A stretch of DNA of 64,000 nt, from NCBI GenBank assembly GCA_963735175.1, contig CAVTJX010000016.1, positions 603,968 through 667,967 of the forward strand. The letters run 5' to 3'. This document shows, one piece after another, positions 10,400 to 18,741 of the stretch. The translations under genes were made by a program, and so were the position numbers. Under the pieces are notes generated by a model. That model saw nothing but the letters and a program-made list of their open reading frames with translations, had not been told where the DNA came from and ran no database searches. This DNA comes from an uncultured bacterium. Lineage in GTDB: Bacteria; Electryoneota; RPQS01. Each line of letters opens with the position of its first letter. Position 1 is the stretch's first letter.

Positions 10400-11127
10400 C
10401 GCGGCTCGCCTACGGCGTCGGACGCATGACTGCCGATCTCAGCCCAGAGGGTTTCAAGCTGACTCGAGATTCGGGCGTCAAGCGTCCCGTTTTCCGTCTC
10501 GATCAGACAGCCGCCCCGCTCGACATCCCCATCGCTGCGCAATCTCGAATTGAACACTCGCGCCCAGCGACGCTTTTAAGTCGCCCTCTAAGGCACGCAG
10601 ATGCGGGAAATCGGTGGGATGGACACGTAACCGGATCCGGTCGCAGTCGAGCACCTGCGCGAGCGCGCCACGCACTACGCCGGCGACACTTTCAGGTTGG
10701 AGATCGAGTTCCCGGCCGAGGATGCGGCGCGCCAGCAGGAATGCCATTTCCACGCTGCTGTGCTCACAACGGTCTGCGACCTCCAGTTTTTCAGCCTGCA
10801 AGAGGCGGGCGTGCTGCGCCAGGAGATCGATGGAGTTCTGCAATTCAGCGCCCGCTTCCGCTACGTCCCTGTGCCAACCCTGCCTGGAACTGCTGCTTGC
10901 GCGTCCTGCTGATGCAGGCACTCGAGCCGCGCCCGCTCGGCGCTGACGGCCTCGGCGATGCGCCCGTGCAACTCCTGCTCACTCGGCTGCGGCACCTCGG
11001 CACGTTCCTCGTCGGTTGCGATCATACTGCGGAAGTAGTTGACCGGGCGGCGCTCGAACGGCTTAAAGCTCGCCGGAGGCAGCGCTTCGGCCTGCGCGGC
11101 GGGAATAATGCGGCGCTTGGAACTCAT
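10396..11127 (-). CDS. fliH: Flagellar assembly protein FliH (two frame breaks)
   Basis: ORFs 10861..11127 and 10478..10921, plus a hand-translated tail GDVERGGCLIETENGTLDARISSQLETLWAEIG, which is a FliH-type C-terminus. Its TGA overlaps the fliI ATG. Confidence 0.8.
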
Positions 11128-11130
11128 GGT

Positions 11131-12153
11131 TTATTCCACCATCTCTTCTGCCTTGGAGCCACCCACGATAACCACCTGGCCCGCTTCTTCGAGGTTGCGG
11201 ATGGCGTCGACGATGCGCTGTTGCGCGTCTTCCACGTCCTTGAGACGGACTGGGCCCATGTAGTCGATTTCTTCCTGGATCATCTGCGCGGCGCGCTGTG
11301 AAAGGTTGGCAAAAACGCGCTTCTTGACGTCGGGGCTGACGTGCTTCATCGCCAGCGCCAGTTCCTTGTTGTCCACGTCCTTCAGCACGCGCTGAATCGA
11401 GCGGTCGTCAAGGTTGACCATATCTTCGAATACGAACATGAGGTTCTTGATCGCCGTCGCCAACTCGGGGGCTTGCTCGTTGATCTTGGCGAGGATCGAG
11501 CGTTCCGCCGACTGGCCGATCATGTTCATGATTTCCGCCGCCGCCTTCACGCCGCCCAGCTTGCTTGCCGACTGCGAAAAGTCGATGCGTGATTCGAGCA
11601 CGGCTTCGACGCTGGCGATGGTTTCCGGCGCGACGCGTTCCATATTGGCGTAGCGGAGCATCACGTCGGCCTGCAATTCCGGCGGCAGATCGCCGAGAAT
11701 GGCCGCGCCCTGGGTCGGGCTGAGCTGCGTGAGCACGAACGCAATGGTCTGCGGGTGTTCCTTCTGAATGAACGCCAGCAACTGGTTCGCGTCCACGTTT
11801 TTCAAAACGTTAAAGCCCTTGACCTTCATCATGCGTTCAATGCGCCGCAGAATCTCAACCGCCTTGTCGTCCCCCAGCGAGCGCTTGAGAACTTCCTCGG
11901 CATAGGATAAGCCGCCCACGGCGACGAAGTCCTGGGCTTTCATCATCTGATAGAATTCGTCAATCACGTCATGGACGGTATCGGAATCCACATTGCGCAG
12001 TGAGACGAGTTCGCGAGTGATTTCCTCGATCTCGTCTTCCTGCAAACTTTTATAGATTGCCGCCGAGGCCTCGGCGCCCACGGAAATCATAAGCACCGCC
12101 GCCTTCTGCATGGCGGTCAGTCGTCTACCGGACGAGCTTTTCGGGGGATTCAT
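11131..12153 (-). CDS. fliG: Flagellar motor switch protein FliG
   Basis: Intact 340-aa ORF: ...AAVLMISVGAEASAAIYKSLQEDEIEEITRE...EHPQTIAFVLTQL...MFVFEDMVNLDDRSIQRVLKDV... Confidence 0.95.
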   Translation of the reverse strand: MNPPKSSSGRRLTAMQKAAVLMISVGAEASAAIYKSLQEDEIEEITRELVSLRNVDSDTVHDVIDEFYQMMKAQDFVAVGGLSYAEEVLKRSLGDDKAVEILRRIERMMKVKGFNVLKNVDANQLLAFIQKEHPQTIAFVLTQLSPTQGAAILGDLPPELQADVMLRYANMERVAPETIASVEAVLESRIDFSQSASKLGGVKAAAEIMNMIGQSAERSILAKINEQAPELATAIKNLMFVFEDMVNLDDRSIQRVLKDVDNKELALAMKHVSPDVKKRVFANLSQRAAQMIQEEIDYMGPVRLKDVEDAQQRIVDAIRNLEEAGQVVIVGGSKAEEMVE

Positions 12154-13811
12154 CGAGAATCCAGCCTCTCAATATTTGGGTAGCGTTATCGGGTTTCTGC
12201 ACGATGTATTCGGTCGTCCGCTTCAGGAGTTCCTGGTGTTTCAGCGTCTCTACGCTCGGCGAGGTGTCATCGAGCACCACTGTTTGCTGATTCTGGCGGA
12301 GGATAACACGCGGACCGTTCTGGCCGCCGTCATTCTGCTGCGCGATGGCGCCGCGCAGGAGGGCGGCATTCTGGGCCGCGCCGGCCGCTAATGCCTCGGG
12401 GGTGTTGGGAAGCGGTTGGCTGCCGGCCAGCAGGAACTGCGCCTTGCCCGCGGCCAGTTCATTGGATTCGGATGCGGCGATCGCCGGCATGGCCGGGACG
12501 CTCTTCGTCATGCGCTGAATCAGCGAGCGCAGCAGGAGAAAAAGACCGATAATGGCGATGCCCAGCACCACCTTTTCGAGGATCTTCGTCCACGGCAGCG
12601 CTTCCGGCTTCGACGCGACCAGGGATTCGTCCTGCGCGAAGGGGAAGGAAATCACCGTCAATTCGTCCGCACGTTTCTTGTCGAGGCCGATGGCTGAGGC
12701 GATGAGCGAACGGAATTTCTCGATTTCCTGCGACGTGCGTTCCACGTAGACGCGCTGTTCGGCGCCGTCCGCTCCCTTTTCCAGTCTTATAATTGCCGTC
12801 GATCAGCACGGAAGCCGAAATTCGCTCGATGTTGCCGACTTCGGGCTGCTGTTTTTCGATGGTATGCGGCACCTGGTAATTGGTGACGGTGCGTTCGCTG
12901 TTACCGCCGGCCAGATCCTCGCCGCCGCTGCTTTCCTGGCGTTCTTCGCTGAGCGTGGCGGCGCGATCGGCGCTGTAATCCTCAACGGTGCGCTCGATGC
13001 GGTTCCAGTTGAGCTTGGCCGTCACTTTTACCTGCGCGCGGCCCGCGCCGAGGGTGTTTTCCAAAAGGCCCAGCGCCTTCTGCTCGAGATCTGTTTCGAC
13101 GCTGCGTTGCACTTCCAGTTGCGTCGAGGATAGTCCGGCCATATCGTTACGCGCGGCGCGGCCCGTAAGCATCGTACCGCGGGAATCGACCATGGTGATG
13201 TTTTCGACGGCGAGCCCTTCCACCGAATAGGCCGTCATGTACGTGATCCCCTGGACCTGCTGCGCTGTGAGCACCGCCCCGGGTTTGAGCTGCAGCACGA
13301 TTGAGGCTGTGGCCGGCTTCTGATCTTCGCGGAAGAGCCGCGCGCCCGGTACCACGAGGTGAACGCGCGCGCTTTCCACGGCGTCGAGTTCGGAAATGCT
13401 GCGCGCCAACTCGCCTTCCAGCGCGCGATGATAGTTCATCTGCTGCACAAAATCGGTCATGCCCAGCATCGGCTTGTCGAACAGTTCGTAGCCGATCTCT
13501 CCCGAGCGCGGCAGTCCGGCGCCGGCGAAGTCGAGGCGGAGTTCCGCCACTTGCTCTTGCGGCACTTTGATCGCACCGCCGTCCGCGCCGACCTCGAAGG
13601 GGATCTTCCGCTCGCGCAGCTTATCGAGAATCTGCGCGGCATCCTTGCCGTTCAGGCCGGAATAGAGCGTGGTATAGACCGGGCGCGTCGTGTAATTGAC
13701 GGTGCCGGCAGCAATCGCGATCACCAGCCCAAGAACCAAAACGAGCCCGGCGCGCTGCCCAAGAGTGAGCCGCTGCCAGAGATCGAGGAGGGGTCGCAAG
13801 AGATTTGCCAT
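12125..13811 (-). CDS. fliF: Flagellar M-ring protein FliF (one frame break near 12750-12790)
   Basis: ORF 12459..13811 (MANLLRPLLDLWQRL...YHRALEGELARSISELDAVESARVHLV...) continues in ORF 12125..12745 (ERTSQEIEKFRSLIASAIGLDKKRADELTVISFPF...). Confidence 0.9.
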
Positions 13812-13877
13812 AGGAATCCGCTGTAATAGGAAAGAAGAGATTCACGCCCTACTCCCCCGGAAACGGGGGACATGGGC

Positions 13878-14174
13878 TTAGACCGGCGTGCGCATCAGCT
13901 CCTTGTAACCGTCGAGTGCCTTGTTGCGCAGCTCGAGCAATAACGAAAGCGAGATCCCGGCTTCTTCGGCCGCAGCCATCACCTCATGCACGTCCTTGAT
14001 TTCGCCGGTGGCGAACTTCATCGCCTTGTCGTCGGCAGTCACCTGCATTTCGTTCACATCGGAAATGAACTGCTTCAGGGTTTCACCGAAGCCGTTCGCG
14101 CCGTTCGGCTTGGCAGGCTCGGGCGTTGTGGTTAACGGTGTGAAGCCGGGAATCGGGGGAAGACGGTCGATCAT
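13878..14174 (-). CDS. fliE: Flagellar hook-basal body complex protein FliE
   Basis: 98-aa ORF ...FGETLKQFISDVNEMQVTADDKAMKFATGEIKDVHEVMAAAEEAGISLSLLLELRNKALDGYKELMRTPV. Confidence 0.9.
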   Translation of the reverse strand: MIDRLPPIPGFTPLTTTPEPAKPNGANGFGETLKQFISDVNEMQVTADDKAMKFATGEIKDVHEVMAAAEEAGISLSLLLELRNKALDGYKELMRTPV

Positions 14175-14176
14175 GA

Positions 14177-14413
14177 TCAGACCCTCAGGTCGATATGTTT
14201 GCCCAGTTCGGGCTCGGGGCCATTATCAACAAACGCGGCTTCAGCCATCCAGCGTTTTTGTTCCAGAAGTTGGCGCAGGCGTTCCTGCGGTGAAAGATCC
14301 GCCGCGTCGCCGACCGCGGAAGCAGTGTCCCCGACGGGCTTCGGCGATGCCGCGGGCTTGCGCGGAGCGGAACTCGGTTGTGTGGGGTTGGGGCCATAGC
14401 CTTCGATGCGCAT
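14177..14413 (-). CDS. Hypothetical 78-aa protein wedged between flgC and fliE
   Basis: Intact ORF MRIEGYGPNPTQPSSAPRKPAASPKPVGDTASAVGDAADLSPQERLRQLLEQKRWMAEAAFVDNGPEPELGKHIDLRV. It starts 3 nt after the flgC TAA and ends 2 nt before the fliE ATG, so it looks translationally coupled. The N-terminal layout vaguely recalls FlgM, but the FlgM C-terminal motif is absent. Confidence 0.5.
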   Translation of the reverse strand: MRIEGYGPNPTQPSSAPRKPAASPKPVGDTASAVGDAADLSPQERLRQLLEQKRWMAEAAFVDNGPEPELGKHIDLRV

Positions 14414-14416
14414 CGC

Positions 14417-14911
14417 TTAGAGCTCCAACGCTTTCTTCATCATGCCCTTGGTGGCGTTAAACGCGGTCACGTTGGCTTCAAACGCCCGCGACGCGCTGAT
14501 GAGTTCCGTCATCTCCTGGACAATATCCACATTGGGCATGCGAACGATGCCGTTGGCGTCGGCGTCGGGATGGCCCGGATCGTAGACTTCGCGAAAGGGA
14601 GAAGGATCGGCGCCGATGGTGGCTTTGACGCCTGTCGCCATGCGGAGATCGGGTTCGGAAATCTTACCCCGCAGATGATTGGGATTACTGCGGGCAAGGT
14701 CGTTGTGTGCGGTTTGTGTGGCGTCGAGTGCGAGGTCAAACTGCCGCTCACTGGCGAGCGACGTTTGCTGACGGCGGTAGGGACCGCCCGCGGCAGTGTG
14801 AGTTGTCTCGGCGTTGGCAATGTTCTCGGCGATAGCGTTCATACGCTTGCGTTGGGCGGTGAGCCCCGAGGCGCTGGTGTCCATGCCGGCAAAGAGCGGT
14901 GAAATGTCCAT
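14417..14911 (-). CDS. flgC: Flagellar basal-body rod protein FlgC
   Basis: MDISPLFAGMDTSASGLTAQRKRMNAIAENIANAETT...IVQEMTELISASRAFEANVTAFNATKGMMKKALEL. I prefer the ATG at 14911 over the TTG at 14953. Confidence 0.9.
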   Translation of the reverse strand: MDISPLFAGMDTSASGLTAQRKRMNAIAENIANAETTHTAAGGPYRRQQTSLASERQFDLALDATQTAHNDLARSNPNHLRGKISEPDLRMATGVKATIGADPSPFREVYDPGHPDADANGIVRMPNVDIVQEMTELISASRAFEANVTAFNATKGMMKKALEL

Positions 14912-14948
14912 CGATGAGTCCTGTCGCTTTTCTGGCACAAGGCATAAA

Positions 14949-14964
14949 CACAATTATCGTGCCT
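14949..14964 (-). promoter_or_regulatory. Candidate sigma-54 promoter upstream of flgC
   Basis: The minus strand reads AGGCACGATAATTGTG. Against TGGCACG-N4-TTGC it has GGCACG and correct spacing, but the -12 element is GT rather than GC and the first T is A. It lies 38 nt upstream of the flgC ATG. Confidence 0.35.
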
Positions 14965-15140
14965 TTACCCATTGGACTTTAATTTCGCGCCGATAATCTA
15001 TAGTAAGTGCTTATAATACAGTACTCGATTGTCCGGTGGCGCAAAGTCCAACCTGACAGATTCGGTAAAATAATTCCGGGGGCAGGGGTAGAACTTTTCC
15101 GGAATTGCCACTCTAACATGTTAGGCGGGATGCTATAAAC

Positions 15141-15212
15141 TGCCGCGGCAATCCGGCCATGTCACCGTGATTCGGCAGGCTTTCACGTGAGGTTGGGAGG
15201 TTTGCCGCGGCA
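15141..15212. promoter_or_regulatory. Twin 10-bp palindromes TGCCGCGGCA (possible enhancer/UAS sites)
   Basis: Exact TGCCGCGGCA at 15141-15150 and 15203-15212, 62 bp centre to centre. Each is followed by a similar (A/G)...TCCGG(C/T)CATG tail. They lie about 180-250 bp upstream of the flgC sigma-54-like element, in a 390-bp intergenic gap. Confidence 0.3.
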
Positions 15213-15346
15213 GGGTTCATCCGGTCATGCCTCCCCAGATCTTGCGGAGGCCGGTCGAAAGTGGGTCAGGAACGGAATAATGGCCAGTCCAACTTCTCCA
15301 CCATTCATCCATCGCATTGCTCACGATAAACTCATCGGAGGTCGCC

Positions 15347-15820
15347 ATGAAAAAAATTCTCGCGAACATTCTCGCGCTATCAGTGATCTGTGGATTCAGC
15401 GCGTCCTATAGCTACGCGCAAACTTTGTCGGTGCGGTGGCTGCAGCCGGATGGCGCTGCCAATCCGACCTGCGGCATTCAGGAAAAGGAACTGCAGAAGG
15501 CGGTTAACACGCTTAACAAGTCGCTGCACAAGTCCGGCGTCGGCGTGGAACTTGGCTATCTGACATTCACCGGCGAGAAACCCTCGGGCGAAAAGGCCTC
15601 GGCGCTGGGGTTGTGGATCAACAATAAGCCGTTCGAGACCTGGGTGCAGGCAAGTGTCAGTACTTCCACCGATGCCAACCCGTGCCCTGAGACGGTGGTC
15701 GACGGAACTACCTATAAGCTGATCCCGTCGGAACTGATTGTGAAGGCAGGCATGGCTGCCGCGGAGAAGCTTACAAAACGCCCGTCTAAGGACAAACCCA
15801 CGGCACTCTCGAATCGGTAA
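15347..15820 (+). CDS. Secreted DUF2703-like protein
   Basis: Signal peptide MKKILANILALSVICGFSASYSYA after a GGAGG. The body (TLSVRWLQPDG..CGIQEKELQKAVNTLNKSL...LWINNKPFETWV...TYKLIPSELIVKAGMAAAEKL) resembles the DUF2703 layout as I remember it, but only one Cys remains at each of the two usual CxxC positions. Confidence 0.5.
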   Translation: MKKILANILALSVICGFSASYSYAQTLSVRWLQPDGAANPTCGIQEKELQKAVNTLNKSLHKSGVGVELGYLTFTGEKPSGEKASALGLWINNKPFETWVQASVSTSTDANPCPETVVDGTTYKLIPSELIVKAGMAAAEKLTKRPSKDKPTALSNR

Positions 15821-15855
15821 GCACGCCAATTTTCGAATCAGGAAATGTGAAAACA

Positions 15856-15886
15856 GCAGAGGGACGCGATGATCGCGTCCCTCTGC
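15856..15886 (+). terminator. Hairpin after the first DUF2703-like gene
   Basis: GCAGAGGGACGCGA-TGA-TCGCGTCCCTCTGC, a 14-bp perfect stem 36 nt after the stop. No clear T tract follows. Confidence 0.35.
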
Positions 15887-16023
15887 CTCATATCCAGCAG
15901 CGTGGTAAGCTGATAAGGTAGTCCTTTAGCCAGAACACGTACCTGTAAAAGATACTATTATGTTGAATTTAGAGAATTGCAACCCAGAGCCTCGCAACAT
16001 CTACCCAGGCATTATATACCCAC

Positions 16024-16057
16024 TTGACAAGGATGACATTAATCGTATTTTTACGAT
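16024..16057 (+). promoter_or_regulatory. Candidate sigma-70 promoter with overlapping inverted repeat upstream of the second DUF2703-like gene
   Basis: TTGACA (16024-16029), N16, TATTTT (16046-16051). The inverted repeat ATCGTA-N4-TACGAT (16042-16057) overlaps the -10 element. The region is AT-rich in a GC-rich genome. Confidence 0.35.
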
Positions 16058-16102
16058 AAGCGATCACTTCTTTCAATCATTTCCACCCACGAGGAGACTC
16101 CT

Positions 16103-16558
16103 ATGAAGCTGCATGTCGCGCTGATCGATACCCACATCCTATTAAGCCTCTTTGCGGTGTAGCTTTCCGCTCAAACCCTCACCCTTCGCTGGACACCATC
16201 AGCAACAGTCGCGGATTCAATCTGCCGTATTGATCCCGAGGATCTGCAGAAGGCGGTCCATCAGTTGCAAAAGTCTCCGCGGTCAGCCGGGATTGACGTC
16301 CAATTGGGTACCGTTCAATTCACCGGTGACCAGCCCAGTGGCGCGCTGGCTTCGCGGGTGGGATTGTGGATCAACCAACGCCCCTTCGAGGTCTGGGCGG
16401 GTGTCTCGGCGGTGATTTCGGAATCGGGCTCGGCTTGCTCCATATCGGTCGATCAGATCGTCAACGCAGGTCTCATCGCCACCGGGCAGAAGGAACTATC
16501 TCAGACATCAAATCCCATGGCGGCGAAGCGGGCAAACGCGGGCGGCTGTTGTCATTGA
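16103..16558 (+). pseudogene. DUF2703-like paralog with an in-frame TAG in the signal peptide
   Basis: ATG at 16103 after GAGGAG. Translation: MKLHVALIDTHILLSLFAV-TAG(16160-16162)-LSAQTLTLRWTPSATVADSICRIDPEDLQKAVHQLQKS...LWINQRPFEVWAG...IVNAGLIATGQKE...ANAGGCCH. It aligns by eye with the upstream paralog and ends in a Cys-Cys-His tail. Confidence 0.55.
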
Positions 16559-16585
16559 CATCCTTCAGCATCGCCATCTCCCCAA

Positions 16586-16620
16586 TACAACAGGGCGGCC
16601 CATCGGGCCGCCCTGTTGTA
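16586..16620. terminator. Bidirectional hairpin between convergent genes
   Basis: TACAACAGGGCGGCCC-ATC-GGGCCGCCCTGTTGTA, a 16-bp perfect stem between the plus-strand DUF2703-like gene and the minus-strand EamA-like gene. Confidence 0.5.
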
Positions 16621-16680
16621 TTATCCGTCGTTTGATCCTGCGATCAGCCTTTGTGTGAGTACCGCTTCCCGCTGGATCCG

Positions 16681-17127
16681 TCAGCGGCCAATCAGACCCG
16701 TACCCAACACGATCAGCGCCGCCCCGGCAAGGTTGCGCAGGAGATCCGGACCGGACGGCAATTCCCGGAAGAAAATCACCGCCAGTATGAAAGCAATCAG
16801 GGTGTTGGTATTATAGACCGGAACGAGCTGTGTGACGTTCGTCTCCGGCAGACGCATCACCCAGAGCACGAGCAAGGTGGCGAAACCGTTCATAAATCCC
16901 ACCGGCAGCGCCCAGAGACACGCCTGTAGCGTCGTACCGCCGGTTGTTGCCGCCGGCCAGAAGAGAATCCCGAAAATTCCGCAGAGTAAAATCCCACCGC
17001 CCACACCCGTCAGTACCCACCCCGCGTGGCCGCCGAGGTAGCGCTCGGCGGTCAACAGCTTGAACAAAACCGCGGTCAATCCGTAGAGCAGCGAGGCCAT
17101 GAGGCCGATCAGGAACCACGTCTTCAT
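16681..17127 (-). CDS. Small EamA/DMT-superfamily-like membrane protein
   Basis: MKTWFLIGLMASLLYGLTAVLFKLL...LIAFILAVIFFRELPSGPDLLRNLAGAALIVLGTGLIGR. About 148 aa and entirely hydrophobic helices, with an EamA-like C-terminal motif. Start taken at the ATG at 17127. Confidence 0.5.
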   Translation of the reverse strand: MKTWFLIGLMASLLYGLTAVLFKLLTAERYLGGHAGWVLTGVGGGILLCGIFGILFWPAATTGGTTLQACLWALPVGFMNGFATLLVLWVMRLPETNVTQLVPVYNTNTLIAFILAVIFFRELPSGPDLLRNLAGAALIVLGTGLIGR

Positions 17128-17975
17128 TATGGCCTGTCGAGCGACACACGCCGCAGATCGGTGCGCGCGCCATCGCCAATAGCCCAGCGCGCGCCGTCGA
17201 GCGTGAACCACTCATTGAGACCCTGCACCGGCGAATATGGACGCACGATGTAAAGACCTGTCGAAGGCGTGCCACAGGTTCCCAGCAGATAAAGCCGTTC
17301 GCCCAGCGGACTCTTGCAGGCGTCGAGGATCAGACCCACACGGCTCTCTGTGTCCTTTTTCAGGGCTACGATCAGATCGCCAACGGTAAGCGAATCTTCA
17401 TAGATGATGATGGTGCTCTCGCGACGCAAGGCGAGGGCGCCCATTTCCTCGGCGACGAACGCGCAGAACTGTTGATAATTGCCGTAGCTGCTGCTGGGCG
17501 TGGTGATCTGCGTGAAGATAAAGCGGCCGCCGCTTTTCTTGGGCCGCAGCCCGTCGCGCCAGTCATCCCAGAGGGCGCGCTGGCCGTTATCCAGCGGGAA
17601 AGCGATCGATTTCTGCGAGTGGTGATTCCACAGGTACTCGCCCCAGAGCCGGACGACGCCATCGACGCCGGTATCATTGGCGTTTTCATACGGCCCGGCT
17701 ACGGTTACGTCCACCTTATCCTCGGTGCAGAGTACCGTCTTGCCGTCACCGGCGAGCAGTTCTTTCTGGCCGGTGAGCTCAATCGACCGGAGCGAAGCCG
17801 CAAACGACGCGTCGTGCACGGGAACACGTACATAGCCGGGCGGCGGCGGAATGCTGGCGACCGTGCGCCTGCCTCCCTCTGCCAAGGCAAAAGTCGTAAC
17901 GGCAGTTAGAAGGAGCAGCAGTAGCCCCGGCTTGGTTTTCCCGCGGAAGCGGGTTGAAACAAAACGAAGGTTCAT
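17127..17975 (-). CDS. Secreted DUF4846-like protein
   Basis: Signal peptide MNLRFVSTRFRGKTKPGLLLLLLTAVTTFALA, then ...VVRLWGEYLWNHH...FIFTQITTPSSSYGNYQQFCAFVAEEMGALAL...VGDLIVALKK.... The family assignment is from memory only. The longer ORF 17127..18446 overlaps the TSUP gene and was rejected. Confidence 0.4.
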   Translation of the reverse strand: MNLRFVSTRFRGKTKPGLLLLLLTAVTTFALAEGGRRTVASIPPPPGYVRVPVHDASFAASLRSIELTGQKELLAGDGKTVLCTEDKVDVTVAGPYENANDTGVDGVVRLWGEYLWNHHSQKSIAFPLDNGQRALWDDWRDGLRPKKSGGRFIFTQITTPSSSYGNYQQFCAFVAEEMGALALRRESTIIIYEDSLTVGDLIVALKKDTESRVGLILDACKSPLGERLYLLGTCGTPSTGLYIVRPYSPVQGLNEWFTLDGARWAIGDGARTDLRRVSLDRP

Positions 17976-17995
17976 GGGACTCTCGCGGTTGAATC

Positions 17996-18718
17996 TCAGT
18001 AGAGCAGGAAACGGATACCGACGGCGGCCAATGAAAGCAGGAGAATCGCGCGAAACACGCGCACTGGCATGCGGCCCACCAGTTTCACGCCGAAATACGA
18101 ACCGGCGATCATCAGCAGGCCGAGGGGAAAGAGCAGAATCAGATCGTAGGCGGTGAACATGCCCGCCGTGCCCCAGACACTGAGCTTGACGATATGAATC
18201 GTCGCCGCGCCCACGGCCTCGGTGCCGAGGAACGCTTCCTTCACCAGCCCGTAGCGCAGCAGCCAGGGCACTACCACCGGTCCCGAGCCGCCCACGACAG
18301 CGGAGACAAACCCGGCGGGGATACCCATCACGCGAATGGATGTGAGCGTCGCCCGCTTCGGCCACGAGGCCTTGGTGAAATTCAACGCCACGTAGCCCAG
18401 CAGATAGATTCCCAGCGCCGGCGCGATCACCGCCGCGGGCAACCACGTATAGAGCAACGCCCCCAACAGCGCTCCCGGAACCGCTCCCATGGCGAAATTG
18501 CGGAGCACCTGCCAGTCAATCGACCGGCGGGCAAAACCGGCGCGTGAGATATTGCTGACCAGCAGCAACAGCGTCAGGTACGGCACCGCTTGCTTGATGC
18601 CGACACCCCAAGTGAGGAACGGCAGGAAGACCATTCCGCCACCAACGCCGGTCACGCCGGACACGGTGGAACCAAGGAGCGCACCGAGCGCAAGGATAAT
18701 GTAGGTGAAGACGGTCAC
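17996..18718 (-). CDS. TSUP (TauE/SafE) family anion permease
   Basis: 240-aa polytopic ORF: MTVFTYIILALGALLGSTVSGVTGVGGGMVFLPFLTW...GFVSAVVGGSGPVVVPWLL.... The duplicated G-rich helices are typical of TauE/SafE proteins. Confidence 0.75.
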   Translation of the reverse strand: MTVFTYIILALGALLGSTVSGVTGVGGGMVFLPFLTWGVGIKQAVPYLTLLLLVSNISRAGFARRSIDWQVLRNFAMGAVPGALLGALLYTWLPAAVIAPALGIYLLGYVALNFTKASWPKRATLTSIRVMGIPAGFVSAVVGGSGPVVVPWLLRYGLVKEAFLGTEAVGAATIHIVKLSVWGTAGMFTAYDLILLFPLGLLMIAGSYFGVKLVGRMPVRVFRAILLLSLAAVGIRFLLY

Positions 18719-18741
18719 ACCCGCAGCACGCTATGCACGCC

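Noticed and set aside
14989-14996. GCCGATAA on the plus strand, identical to the sigma-28 (FliA) -10 consensus, in the gap upstream of flgC.
   Set aside because: No TAAA-type -35 element sits at the required spacing of about 15 nt. The element also points away from the flagellar genes, towards the DUF2703-like gene. It is probably a chance match.
14954-15346. A possible degraded flgB in the gap upstream of flgC.
   Set aside because: Hand translation of the minus strand in all three frames shows no rod-protein N-terminal motif (ANIAN...TPGY) and many stops. I treat the region as regulatory intergenic DNA instead.
16160-16162. The in-frame TAG, considered as a possible pyrrolysine or programmed read-through codon.
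   Set aside because: I saw no pyl genes or PYLIS-like context. The codon lies in a signal-peptide core that already looks degenerate (it contains D and H residues). A nonsense mutation or base-call error is far more likely.
17127-18446. The 439-aa version of the DUF4846-like ORF, extending upstream across the TSUP permease gene.
   Set aside because: The N-terminal 157 residues are Arg/Gly-rich shadow sequence overlapping a clear membrane-protein gene on the same strand in another frame. A proper signal peptide begins at the ATG at 17975.
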